Of a DNA stretch of 40,711 nucleotides, positions 1 to 8,949 are shown in pieces; position 1 is the first letter of the stretch, and each line of letters begins with the position of its first letter. A program made the position numbers and the translations under genes. Source of the stretch: Antechinus flavipes. Lineage: Eukaryota. The DNA lies in assembly GCF_016432865.1 (NCBI RefSeq), contig NC_067398.1, forward strand, positions 244,652,001-244,692,711, read 5' to 3'. The notes under the pieces are model-generated. The model made no database searches. It was not told the DNA's origin and was given only the letters and a program-made list of their open reading frames with translations.

Positions 1-1055
1 ACTGGAGCTGGCCCGATATTTTCCTCAGCTGTTGCTGGAACCTTTCCCCAAGCCAGCCCTTTCTAGTGGGCTTGAAACCCCAAATATTAGCAGCATTTCA
101 TGAGACAATGTGGAGTGAGCCCCAAGTCCCTCTCCCCCTTTCCCTATTCTACTCAACCAGTGTTCTTCTTTTCCTGACTCCACAAGTTTCTCCTTTACCT
201 AACTAAAGTTGTTCTTTCCCAGGAACAATTGATTTCTCCTTTCCCCCCTCTTGCTGAACTAACCTCTTCATACCTTCCAGCTTGAGTGGATTTTTGAAGA
301 TGGGCCTTGGCTGTTTTTAAATTTTCACTTTTGGTGGTTCAGCTTCCCACTTCCATAAGGAGAAAGCTGTGTGAGCCTCTCCTCTTCCCTTAAGCCTTAA
401 CCATCTCCCTACATCTCCCCTCTGTGCCAGACTAGGAAGCGGAGGGGCCTCTCTATATTATATATATATATGGATATATATATAATATATATATCTGATG
501 TCTCTGCATTGTAATTATGTACACAGGACCCTGGGGGGTTCAATCTCTACTTCCTCTCTTGCTCTGTTCACTGGTTGGTTAATTTAAGGGGAGTTGACCT
601 GCAGCAGGAAGGATCCCTCAGCTAGACTGCTTGCCTTTCAGTCCCATTTCTAGCTGCTTTTCCTCATGTACTCTTTTCCACTACATCTACCAGTCTCACA
701 CACCCGTCTCATCCTTCTCGGGCCCTTTCTAATTTTTTCCATGATCAAGTCTTTCCCATTCTCTCCCCCTCTTTTGTTCCTTGAACCTCTTGCTCCCCTT
801 TGGGTTGGGCATCCTCTCTGTTCTCTAAGGGGGTGGGGGGGCCCTCATGTTTACATTCTCTTTCTGCCCCCTCACTTTCCCTATTGCATTGTCCCCCTTC
901 CCCCACAACTGTACAGAGCTTTGTGGAACCAGGAAAGAACAAATCTACTGTCCTGCCCTATACTTGACTCTCGCTTGGTTATTTTTTTTTTTGGAGATTG
1001 GGACACAAGGATGGAATGGATGGGTGTACAATAGACACTGATCAGACAAGTGCTT
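1..1055 (+). other. Probable terminal 3'UTR of TBC1D10B (no coding sequence in window)
   Basis: Non-coding, pyrimidine-rich, repeat-poor stretch with a (TA)n-like tract at ~455-495. It ends in TGTA (1025-1028), a variant PAS AATAGA (1030-1035) and a U/GU-rich downstream tract. Identity is inferred only from synteny: TBC1D10B lies immediately upstream of CD2BP2 on the same strand in human and mouse. Confidence 0.45.
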
Positions 1056-1110
1056 AGCTTTGGGACTTTTATTGAAGTGTGTTTCCAGGCTGTGTGAACC
1101 CCCTTTTATT
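1030..1110. terminator. Convergent polyadenylation signals: AATAGA (+, 1030-1035); AATAAA (-, 1068-1073 and 1105-1110)
   Basis: The hexamers are read directly from the sequence. The minus-strand signals lie about 90 and 125 nt downstream of the PHETA-like stop codon. Confidence 0.55.
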
Positions 1111-1198
1111 TTGTCCCAAAACAACTGTCAGTCCCAGATGTCCCTTAAGAGAACTCTAGACCTGCCATATCATCCTCTCCAGGATTCTGGTTCCTCCT

Positions 1199-1777
1199 TC
1201 ACCCAAATTCTGTGAGGTCCACTTGCCTCCTGGCAGCCCTGGACCTGGCAAGTGCCTGAATCTCTTCCCCAAAGCGTTGGTGCAACTCCGGGAAGCCAGA
1301 GGGGGCTGGAGAGCAGGGGAGGCTCAGAACTATCTCTTCCTGCGGTGGGGACCGGGGCTCCACTCCAGCCTCTTGGCACACTCTTTGGTACTGCTCCTGT
1401 AAGGGCTGCAGGAGCTCCCACAGCTGGCTCCATCCTGCCCAAACCAAGGCTTGAAGCCAATTATCGAAATCCTTCTTGGTCTCCGCTGCCAGTTTGTAGC
1501 ACCTACCACCTTCTGCGGAGGCCAGGATGGTAAAAGCATAGAGCCCACTGGTACTGGCTCGGGGCTCCACCCGGCAGTTGTCCAACAAGATGAGGCCCAG
1601 GGGGCTCCGATCCCCTTGGTGCTCCAGATAATAGAGGAGATTTCCACGGAGGATAAACCAGCGGCGTTGGTAGCTGGGATTGCGGGTCCCCTTCTTCAGC
1701 AAAATTCCTTCCTGATCTGGGGCCCGGCCCCCCGTTCCCCGAAAGTAGCTGAGCACAGGTTTTCGGTGCAGTTTCAT
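1199..1777 (-). CDS. Sesquipedalian/PHETA (FAM109/IPIP27)-like PH-domain endocytic adaptor, 192 aa, single coding exon
   Basis: The MKL N-terminus and PH domain (EGILLKKG..YQRRWFILRGNLLYY..PLGLILL..YKLAAE..W) resemble recalled PHETA1 (GFLYKKG..YHRRWFVLRGNMLFYF..PVGVIILEGC..YVLAAES). A helical segment follows, then the F&H motif FPELHQRFGEEI (PHETA1 FARLHECYGQEI). Start context is ctaccATG. A polypyrimidine tract with AG acceptor lies 11 nt upstream (exon starts at 1788), and AATAAA signals lie downstream. Confidence 0.9.
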   Translation of the reverse strand: MKLHRKPVLSYFRGTGGRAPDQEGILLKKGTRNPSYQRRWFILRGNLLYYLEHQGDRSPLGLILLDNCRVEPRASTSGLYAFTILASAEGGRCYKLAAETKKDFDNWLQALVWAGWSQLWELLQPLQEQYQRVCQEAGVEPRSPPQEEIVLSLPCSPAPSGFPELHQRFGEEIQALARSRAARRQVDLTEFG

Positions 1778-1788
1778 GGTAGCTAAAC

Positions 1789-2169
1789 CTGAGAAGGGAC
1801 CATGGGTTCAAGGAAGGTATGGGGGGGGGGAAGGAATCATGGGGTTGGTGAAGCAGGGATACAGATTTGAGTGCCCGCTGTCTGCGGTACTGCCCGGGGT
1901 ACTCTGGGGAAAAAGGCTGTCCCTGCCTTCATGGAAATATATCCTAATTACACGACAGATTAGTTTTAACGTCCTAGTAACTCTCTGAAGGTCCTGACTT
2001 GTTTTTGGTACCCCCAGTGCTTGAGGTGTGAGGGAACAAAGTAGTCAGCGGAAAACCGAGCCCTGGCAGGGTACTTCGGCGGGGAGCACTGGGCAACTGA
2101 AGCTCCAGCGTTATGGGATGCAGCTGCAAAGGAAGCCGGTGCGACCTGGCCTAGGACGTCTGGGCCTAC
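1789..2169 (-). other. Predicted 5'UTR intron of the PHETA-like gene
   Basis: Minus-strand donor CAG|GTAGGC at 2170/2169. Acceptor ...ccttccccccccccatacc...tcccttctcag| at 1789/1788. The acceptor is strong; pairing it with this donor is inference. Confidence 0.5.
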
Positions 2170-2199
2170 CTGAGAGCAGGGGGCTGGAGGGTCCCTCCA

Positions 2200-2960
2200 G
2201 GCTGGGACGGTGGGAACAGGTGCAGGGGCGGGGCGGTCGTTTCCCTATCTCTTGGTGGTTCACACCCCACCCCAGAAACCAGGAAATCCTCCCGGGGACC
2301 GGCCCCAGGCCAGGCCGAAGTACAAAAAGAGACTTCCTCCTGGGTCCTAGAGGGCGCTAGATTTTCAGGGGAAACTGGAGGTGGTTGAAGAATTAATGAG
2401 ATTTCCCCTAGGTTTTCCTTAAAGTGACAAAGTTGAAAAATGTTCCTTTCCTCACAATAAAGCTGGAAAGGGAGAGAGGCTGGTGGTTTTGCAAAAAGAA
2501 GAGCGGAACCCTGAGACCCCTTTACTTTCTGGTTCAACTTTAGGCAAGGGCAATGGGTTATGCCCTTTTCTCCCTGGCATTCCCATTTGTGCCCCATTCC
2601 TCTTTTTGTGTCCCTTCGCGGCACACAAGATTTCCGCCCTCAATCCTTCTCCGGCCCAATGTAGTTAGAAGGAAGAGAAGCTACTTCCGACCAGTTTGTC
2701 GCAACTTCCGCCCTCACTACAGTCTGTCCCTTCGCCTACGGAGAGTGATGTCAACCACATGGTTTCTAGGTGCTTATTTCCGCCCTCTTTCCCAACAGTC
2801 TTCCGAAGCGAGAGAAGTCACTTCCGGGTTTTCTGAGTCTCTTCCGGTTGGCTCCCTGGATGTAGCCTCGGCAATAGCGTTCTTTTTCTCCCCCGCCCCC
2901 TTCTCCCCTCTCCTCCTCTCCCCTCCCCGAGCCCCAGGTGAGGGCGCGCACGCGGAGTGA
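2200..2960. promoter_or_regulatory. CpG-rich bidirectional promoter (CD2BP2 / PHETA-like) with clustered ETS/GABP motifs; includes the non-coding exon 1 of CD2BP2
   Basis: ACTTCCG at 2683, 2704 and 2820, with further TTCCG cores at ~2778, ~2801 and ~2842. CCAAT at ~2656, GC boxes at ~2226-2237, and locally raised CpG density. A donor CAG|GTGAGG at 2937/2938 ends the non-coding exon 1. Confidence 0.75.
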
Positions 2961-3655
2961 GCCCCGAATTCCGCGGGGTTCCATCGACTCCCTGCTCATT
3001 TACATATTAAGAGGAGGAAGAAGGGGCGGGGGCGCTTGTAAGGGATGGACTGGGAGTTGAGGCGGGTTTGGGGTAGAGCTGATTTGAGGAGTGGGGCTCC
3101 CTACAATGGGCTCCGAATCCTGGAAGGGCCCTCGGGTTGGAATTGGGGTGGCAGGGTCGCGAGTGTGCGCGGCCAAGGGGAATCGCTGGGTCGAGACCGC
3201 TGCCCTCTCACCCCAAATGTAAGGGGACTCCGGGGATAGAAGACATACATCTTCTGGGAAAGGATGCAAGTCCCCGATATTGGGGCAGGAACTCCCCGCT
3301 GAGCAGAGCAGTGGGACCTTACTGGCAGTCCATGGGCATCCTTTCCCCTCCCCCCATCTCCCAAGTCAAAGGAGCTCCAGTCCCGGCCCCCTTCCTCTCC
3401 CCACCCCCATCAAGAGTTATGGCAGCTTCCTGGGGACTCAGATGTGTGCTCTTACCTCCTTCTCTCCCTTTCCTTATTTGATCACAGAGAGTAACACTCC
3501 CCGGGTCTGAGGAATAGTGTCCTGGAAGTGGGAAAGTGGATTCTGAATTCCCAAACCCCATTAAGTCCATCACGCTGTTTTAGGGCTCCCTGACCCTGGG
3601 GCTCCTTTTTGGTCAGCTCCTGGGAAGGATCTGATCCTACCCTGCAAGTCCCACC

Positions 3656-3727
3656 ATGCCCAAGCGGAGAGTGACCTTCCAGGATGTGGGAGTTGAAGAG
3701 GATGGAGAAGATCTCCCCAAAAAGAAG
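3656..3727 (+). CDS. CD2BP2: CD2BP2 coding exon 1 ([24 protein letters not shown])
   Basis: ATG at 3656; donor AAG|GTGAGG at 3727/3728. Confidence 0.93.
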
Positions 3728-5735
3728 GTGAGGAGGTCAGAATGTGTGAATTTCCAGGACATAGAAGGGAGAGGATCTCTTCAAAAAGAAGGTGGGGGTC
3801 AGGCTGCTTGGGTTTCCAGGATGTGGAATAGAGAGGATCTCCCCAAAAAAAAGGTGGGGCAGGGTTAGAATGCCTTGAGTTCCCAAGTGAGTGGGTTGGA
3901 AGGGACTGAACTACACGGGACTAAATTGCATTTGGGTCCACTGCATCCAACCCTATTTTCTGCCTGTAGCTGGTGGATCCTGTGACAGGAGCAGGGGGAC
4001 CTGGGAGCCGGTTTAAAGGCAAGCATTCTTTGGACAGTGATGAAGAAGATGAGGAAGAGGATGGTTCTAGCAAGTATGTCATCCTAGCTTCAGAAGATGT
4101 GGAAGGTGAGGCCATGGCACCTAAGGGCTCTATACTCTTCTCACATCCTTCTCAGTCTCAGGCTGGATTCTTGAAAGTTGAAGGTAGATTCTTCCCAGAG
4201 GATATTTTCAATAAACATTTATTAAGTTTTGGTCTGTGCCTAGTATTGTGCCAAGATGTGATGGGGGAAGGCTGGAGGATAATATGTTAAGTAGGATCTA
4301 AGCGTTGCTTCCCTTTTTCTCGCCCAATTCTGGGTATCTGTTTATCCAGGTCAGGAGGCAGCCACACTCCCAAGTGAGGGTGGTGTGCGTATCACACCCT
4401 TCAACTTGCAGGAAGAAATGGAAGAGGGCCACTTTGATTCAGATGGCAACTACTTTCTGCACCGGGATGCCCAGATTCGGGACAGCTGGCTGGACAACAT
4501 AGACTGGGTTAGAGCCCCTAGGCCAGGAGACTTAGGTCCTGGCTGAGTGATATGCTTCATTTGTGAAATGAGTTAGAGACCAACAGAGAGACGGGGGTGC
4601 CTGGAGTGGGGACTGGGGCTAGGGAGCAGTATAATAACCTGTCCTATCCTATCTTAGGTGAAGATCCGGGAGCGCCCTCCAGGCCAGCCCCCTGCCTCAG
4701 ATTCGGAGGAAGACAGTCCTGGCCAGACACCACTGGGCCCTCAAGCCCTCTTAGAGGGTCTCTTGGAGATGTTGTTGCCAGGGGAGACAGTTGCTGGGGC
4801 ACTGAGGCGGCTAGGTGCCAGGAAGGGTGGTAATGGACCCCAGCGGCCAAATTCCCCACAACGATTAGACCGACTCTCAGGATTGGCTGACCAGATGGTT
4901 GCCCGGGGTAACCACGGAGTGTACCAGGAAACCAGGGAACGGCTAGCTGTGAGGCTGAAAGCGCTGGGGGGCCCCACACCCGGGCTTCCAGACACAGCTT
5001 CTCGTCCTGTTCTGGACATGTTTGCTGAAGAGGTTGGGGAGGGGGAGCTAGAGACTCCAACCCCAGCCCAAGGAGGAGGTGAGGGTTGAAGACTTTGGAA
5101 TTGTAGATTCCTTTCAGGGAAATGGAGACTTGAAAGGTTATAGAATCTGACAAGATATCAGAGGATGTGGGAACCATGTGTGTGTGGGGGGGTGCGAGGC
5201 AGAGCTAAATGGAAAAAGTATGGGACCTGTGGATAGATGGGATTTGACTTTGTATGGGGAGGGCGATGAAATGTGATGGGAATTATAAGGGGAGACAGGG
5301 ATAGATTATGTGTAGGGAGAAAACAGGTGGGGTAGAATGTACTTGGGCTCAGGGAACAGGGTAATGTACCTGAGAAGGCTTTCTCTGGTTGTCTTTCTAG
5401 AAGCAGCTGCCATGGGAGATGGCTTGGCTGATGTGATGTGGGAATACAAATGGGAAAACACAAATGATGCAGAACTCTATGGGCCCTTCACCAGTGCCCA
5501 GATGCAGGTAAGAATTCTCTCTCCATCCAGACCTTACCTACCTCTCCCCCTAATTTCTCTTCCCTGTATTAGAGATATTACCATCAATATCCCTACTTAC
5601 CTCTCTTCTTTCCTTTCTCCCTAGACCTGGGCAGATGAAGGCTATTTTCCAGATGGTGTTTATTGTCGGAAGTTGGATCCCCCTGAAGGCCAATTCTACA
5701 ACTCCAAACGTATAGATTTTGGTCTTTATTTCTGA
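3656..5735 (+). CDS. CD2BP2: CD2 antigen cytoplasmic tail-binding protein 2 (U5-52K, GYF domain), join(3656..3727,3970..4105,4350..4507,4658..5078,5401..5507,5625..5735), 334 aa
   Basis: Peptides [116 protein letters not shown] and [16 protein letters not shown] match recalled mammalian CD2BP2. All introns are GT-AG with consistent phases (0,1,0,1,0). Total is 1005 nt with a Kozak ccaccATG. Confidence 0.97.
3677..3880 (+). repeat. Three degenerate tandem copies (~62-75 bp) spanning the CD2BP2 exon/intron junction
   Basis: TTCCAGGA anchors at 3677, 3752 and 3814. Each copy carries GATCT(C)..CAAAAA(G/A)AAG|GTG, with GT at 3728, 3792 and 3854. Confidence 0.88.
3970..4105 (+). CDS. CD2BP2: CD2BP2 coding exon 2
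   Basis: Acceptor cctgtag| at 3969; LVDPV...SEDVE; donor G|GTGAG at 4105/4106. Confidence 0.95.
4350..4507 (+). CDS. CD2BP2: CD2BP2 coding exon 3
   Basis: Acceptor tttatccag| at 4349; (G)[11 protein letters not shown]...DNIDW; donor GTTAG at 4508. Confidence 0.95.
4658..5078 (+). CDS. CD2BP2: CD2BP2 coding exon 4
   Basis: Acceptor atcttag| at 4657; VKIRERPP...TPTPAQGG; donor G|GTGAG at 5078/5079. Confidence 0.95.
5401..5507 (+). CDS. CD2BP2: CD2BP2 coding exon 5 (start of GYF domain)
   Basis: Acceptor gtctttctag| at 5400; (E)[19 protein letters not shown]...AQMQ; donor CAG|GTAAG. Confidence 0.95.
5625..5735 (+). CDS. CD2BP2: CD2BP2 last coding exon (GYF core)
   Basis: Acceptor ctccctag| at 5624; [36 protein letters not shown] then TGA at 5733-5735. 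Confidence 0.96.
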   Translation, partial: TWADEGYFPDGVYCRKLDPPEGQFYNSKRIDFGLYF

Positions 5736-5892
5736 ACCTGTTTTTATTTTTTGGGTAGGGGAAGAGGGCTGGGGAAAGAATTTTCCAGGCTATGCCTTCA
5801 GGAGGAGGCCCTGGGTTTAGTCTGGGGATTCTGTGGACTTTAAATGGGGTGGGGAGGATGGCACCAGAGTTGGGGGGGCCATTTCCTGTCTC

Positions 5893-5898
5893 AATAAA
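5893..5898 (+). terminator. Proximal CD2BP2 polyA signal AATAAA (a distal candidate lies at 6922-6927)
   Basis: AATAAA lies 158 nt after the stop and is followed by a GU-rich tract (gttgtgt). A second AATAAA lies at 6922. Confidence 0.6.
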
Positions 5899-6299
5899 AA
5901 TCTCTAGTTGTGTAAAAGGGGTGTCCAATGTGGAGGGAAGGGAGTGGTTATAGTTGCACCAAGAGCCTGATTCCCCTTTGCTCTTCACCCTCGAGAGGTA
6001 TTGCTGGCTCAAACTGTTCAGGATGGACTTCTGTTCCTAAATTACAACATCCTGGTCTGTTCCAGGCCTTCCTTCCCCTTTTCCCTTCTCACTTCCCTAC
6101 TACCCCAGATCAGGCTTCCCATAAGATCGAAGGAATGATCCTTACAAAGGCTCTCCATTCAGAAAGATCCCTGAATTTCTATTCTGACTTTGCTACTGAC
6201 CAGTGTGTGATCATGAGCATATATATATGACAACTTCCTCTTCTCTGGGTCTGTGTCCACATTGTGAACCTGGATTTAGTACCATGTTAAAGGATCCCA

Positions 6300-6500
6300 T
6301 GAGAGTCCTGAGCTTAAGTCAGGATACTTGGGGTTTGAATCTTAAACTGTTGGCTATAGATCTGCCTAATTCTATCAAGTTTCTTCCTTGAGCCTCAGTT
6401 TTTTTTTTTAATCATAAAATGGGGATAATCATTACCTACCTCACAGGGTTGTTGTGGGGAATGCACTTTGTAAACCTTAAAGTGCTTGAGAAATGTGACT
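6300..6500 (+). mobile_element. MIR/CORE-SINE
   Basis: Core-like text ctcagtttt..cataaaatggggataat..acctacctcacagggttgttgtg..gcactttgtaaacc. Boundaries are approximate. Confidence 0.75.
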
Positions 6501-6956
6501 TATTGTAACACTTTAAGATGCTTTATCAAGGGAATTGGTTTTTTTTTTTGTTGTTGTTGTTTTTTTTTTCCATTTTCTAATTTGGGTCAGATATGGAAGA
6601 TTGGGGCAGATGGAAGGGGAAAATGGGGAGGGAAGAACCTTAGGATATTGAATGTTAGATTGAAAGAGACTTCAGTGACCTAAATCAGTCCAGTTCCCTC
6701 CTTTTATAAATTTTTTTTAAAAAGCATGCGGAACAGGGAAAGGATTTGCCTGAGGGTAAAGTCCCTGGAAGAGTTGGACTTAATGCTTCCAGTCAGTCTA
6801 CCTCATCCTCCTCCTCCCTTGGCCAGAAAATGGTGGTCCTCTTCTGATCTAAGGACCTCCTGCTTTCTGAAAATGGTGGGATGCAAACTCCTGCCTCCTC
6901 TTCATTTTCACCTCCAGCTGTAATAAAGCCTCAATTATATCGCCGGTCAGCTAGCC

Positions 6957-7146
6957 CAAAACTTCTTAAACCCCATATGGGGTAGTTTAACTGAATGTGG
7001 GAGTCATGAAATTATAATTTATTATCAGTAAACGTTTAATTTGTATGTCTATTTTATATAATTATATACCTGGGGTTTTATAAAAATTTTTGAGGGAAAT
7101 GAATGAATTTCTCAAGTTATGAATGGAAAAAGTTTAAGAAGTCCTG
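6957..7146. mobile_element. Non-autonomous hAT (Charlie-type) MITE, 190 bp
   Basis: Imperfect TIRs CAAAACTTCTTAAAC / GTTTAAGAAGTCCTG and a perfect 8-bp TSD AGCTAGCC (6949-6956 and 7147-7154). Confidence 0.8.
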
Positions 7147-7179
7147 AGCTAGCCCAGTAGGTTGTATTCAGTTCAGCTA

Positions 7180-7790
7180 ACATGAAGTGAAGCAAGCAGT
7201 CTTTGCCTTAAAAGAGCTTACATTCTTCTGGGGGATACAACATTACACAAATAAATACACTTTCTATACAATGTAATTGGGGAGGATGAGGGAAGGCCTT
7301 GAAGTTGGTACCTGAGCTCAGGGTTCCAGAAGTTAGAAGTAAGCACGAGAATGTCCTAGGTGTGGAAGTGTAAGACGGATTATGTTTGGGGAATGGCAAA
7401 TAGGAATAGTGAGTATGGAAGGTTAATTTGGGGCCAAAATGTTGGATAGAGGGGTTTGCTTTATCTAATAAAGAATAGAGAACCATTGTAGCATCGCAAA
7501 CAGGAATGATGAACATAATCTATGATGTCTTTAGGAAGATTAATTTGATAGCTCTATGGTAGTAGAGGGGTGTTAATTGGTGAGGGGAGAGATCCAGAAG
7601 CAAGGAAACCAATTTAGAGGCTCTTTCTATAAAGGTGAAAGGGTATGAAAGCCTGAGCTAGAAATATGGATCAATGTGGAAAGCTGACAAAACCTTGACG
7701 TCAATTGAATGTTGGGGCAGAGAGTGAGTGGGAAGTGGTACAAGATGATTCCAAGATTGATAAGCTGGAAATGTTATCATCAACACTACT
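7180..7790 (-). mobile_element. L2 LINE fragment
   Basis: Purine-rich degenerate text typical of antisense L2 (ttaaaagagcttacattc..ggggga..gaaggccttgaag..ctgagct). Boundaries are approximate. Confidence 0.5.
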
Positions 7791-8103
7791 CTATTTACCC
7801 CTCCAAAAAAAGTTTCTGATCATCCCTGATGAGATACCTGAAATTTCACCATTGTTGATCCACTTTTTAAAGGACCTCTTTGCAGTATTTCCCCACATCC
7901 ACCTCTCTATATAAAGTTGTTATAAGAGTTCTGCTCCCATTGGACTCCCATGGTCCTCTTCAGGAACTAAGGACAAAAACAACCTTTGTGAGTAGTAGTA
8001 GGAACAGCTCCACTGATGACCTAACTGGCATGCAATTGGGCAGTATAGCTGTTTTCCTTCTTTTCTTTTTTTTTATGTCTCATTTCTTATTTAACTGTAA
8101 TTA

Positions 8104-8350
8104 CTGATTAGGTGTTGCCTCAAACTGAAATCTGTTAAAGACTAACTTAAAAAGGCCAGAGTGTCTCACTCTATCCAGGGCCATCTCTAGTTATCCTGAT
8201 TTATATCTTGCCGCTAGACTCGGATGGCTCTGGAGGAAAAAATGAAGCTGGTGATTTTGTGTAGCCCTCACTTAAAAATTCAGTTCATTTCATGTCATGG
8301 CATCTCCCTGATTTTATGATCATCTTCAAGAATGAAGGACAAACAACAAT
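8104..8350 (+). mobile_element. RTE-derived marsupial SINE / RTE 3' end
   Basis: Ends in ..catcttcaagaatgaaggacaaacaacaat. An inverted relative lies at 17160-17430. Confidence 0.6.
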
Positions 8351-8653
8351 AAGGGCCTCAGGTTCAGACTTGGACTTAAACACAGTGTTCTGATGGGGAA
8401 AAAAATGAAGGTTTGGGCAGGGATAATGGTAAGAGTTGAGGAGGCATTGTTTTTATAATTGTTTATCAGGCAGGATGTATGAGGCTGTTAAAAACCTAGC
8501 TAGCCTTAGCTTTTCACAACTCCTTTGGAATTGTGCTTTCAGAGTTTTTGCTATTTTTTATAGCTGTATTTTCCCAACATTGAAACCTTCAGGTAACCAA
8601 CAAGCCTACCCTATGCTAAGTATTAGAAATACAAAGATTTTAAAAAATGAGTT

Positions 8654-8800
8654 GGGGCAATTAGATGGCCCTGTGGATAAAGCACCAGCCCAGGAGTCAG
8701 GAGGACCCGAGTTTAAATTGGCCTCAGACATTTAACACCAGTTGTGAGACCTTGGGCAAATCACTTAACCCCAATGGCCTGCAAGAAAAGAAAAAAAAAA
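8654..8800 (+). mobile_element. Short tRNA-derived CORE-SINE (WSINE1-like) with A-tail
   Basis: ggggcaattagatgg..gtggataaagcacc..ggagtcaggaggacccgagtttaaat..gcctcagaca..ttgggcaaatcacttaacccc, then an A-rich tail. Confidence 0.8.
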
Positions 8801-8949
8801 GCCTATCCTTGCTAAATTAACTTTAAAAAATGTTTTTAATGATGTCTTTTGTTTTCTCTAACACCATAATTTTTATGAAGTATCCTTTTCAGTAAGCTAT
8901 GTTATATAACATTTTTTAAAAATAAGAAAGTAAAATTAATTTTTAAAAT

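Noticed and set aside
666-1034. 122-aa plus-strand ORF
   Set aside because: Low-complexity Pro/Leu/Phe translation of a pyrimidine-rich 3'UTR, with no homology recognised.
4644-5177. 177-aa and 92-aa minus-strand ORFs over CD2BP2 exon 4
   Set aside because: Antisense shadows of GC-rich coding sequence, with no recognisable domain or own promoter.
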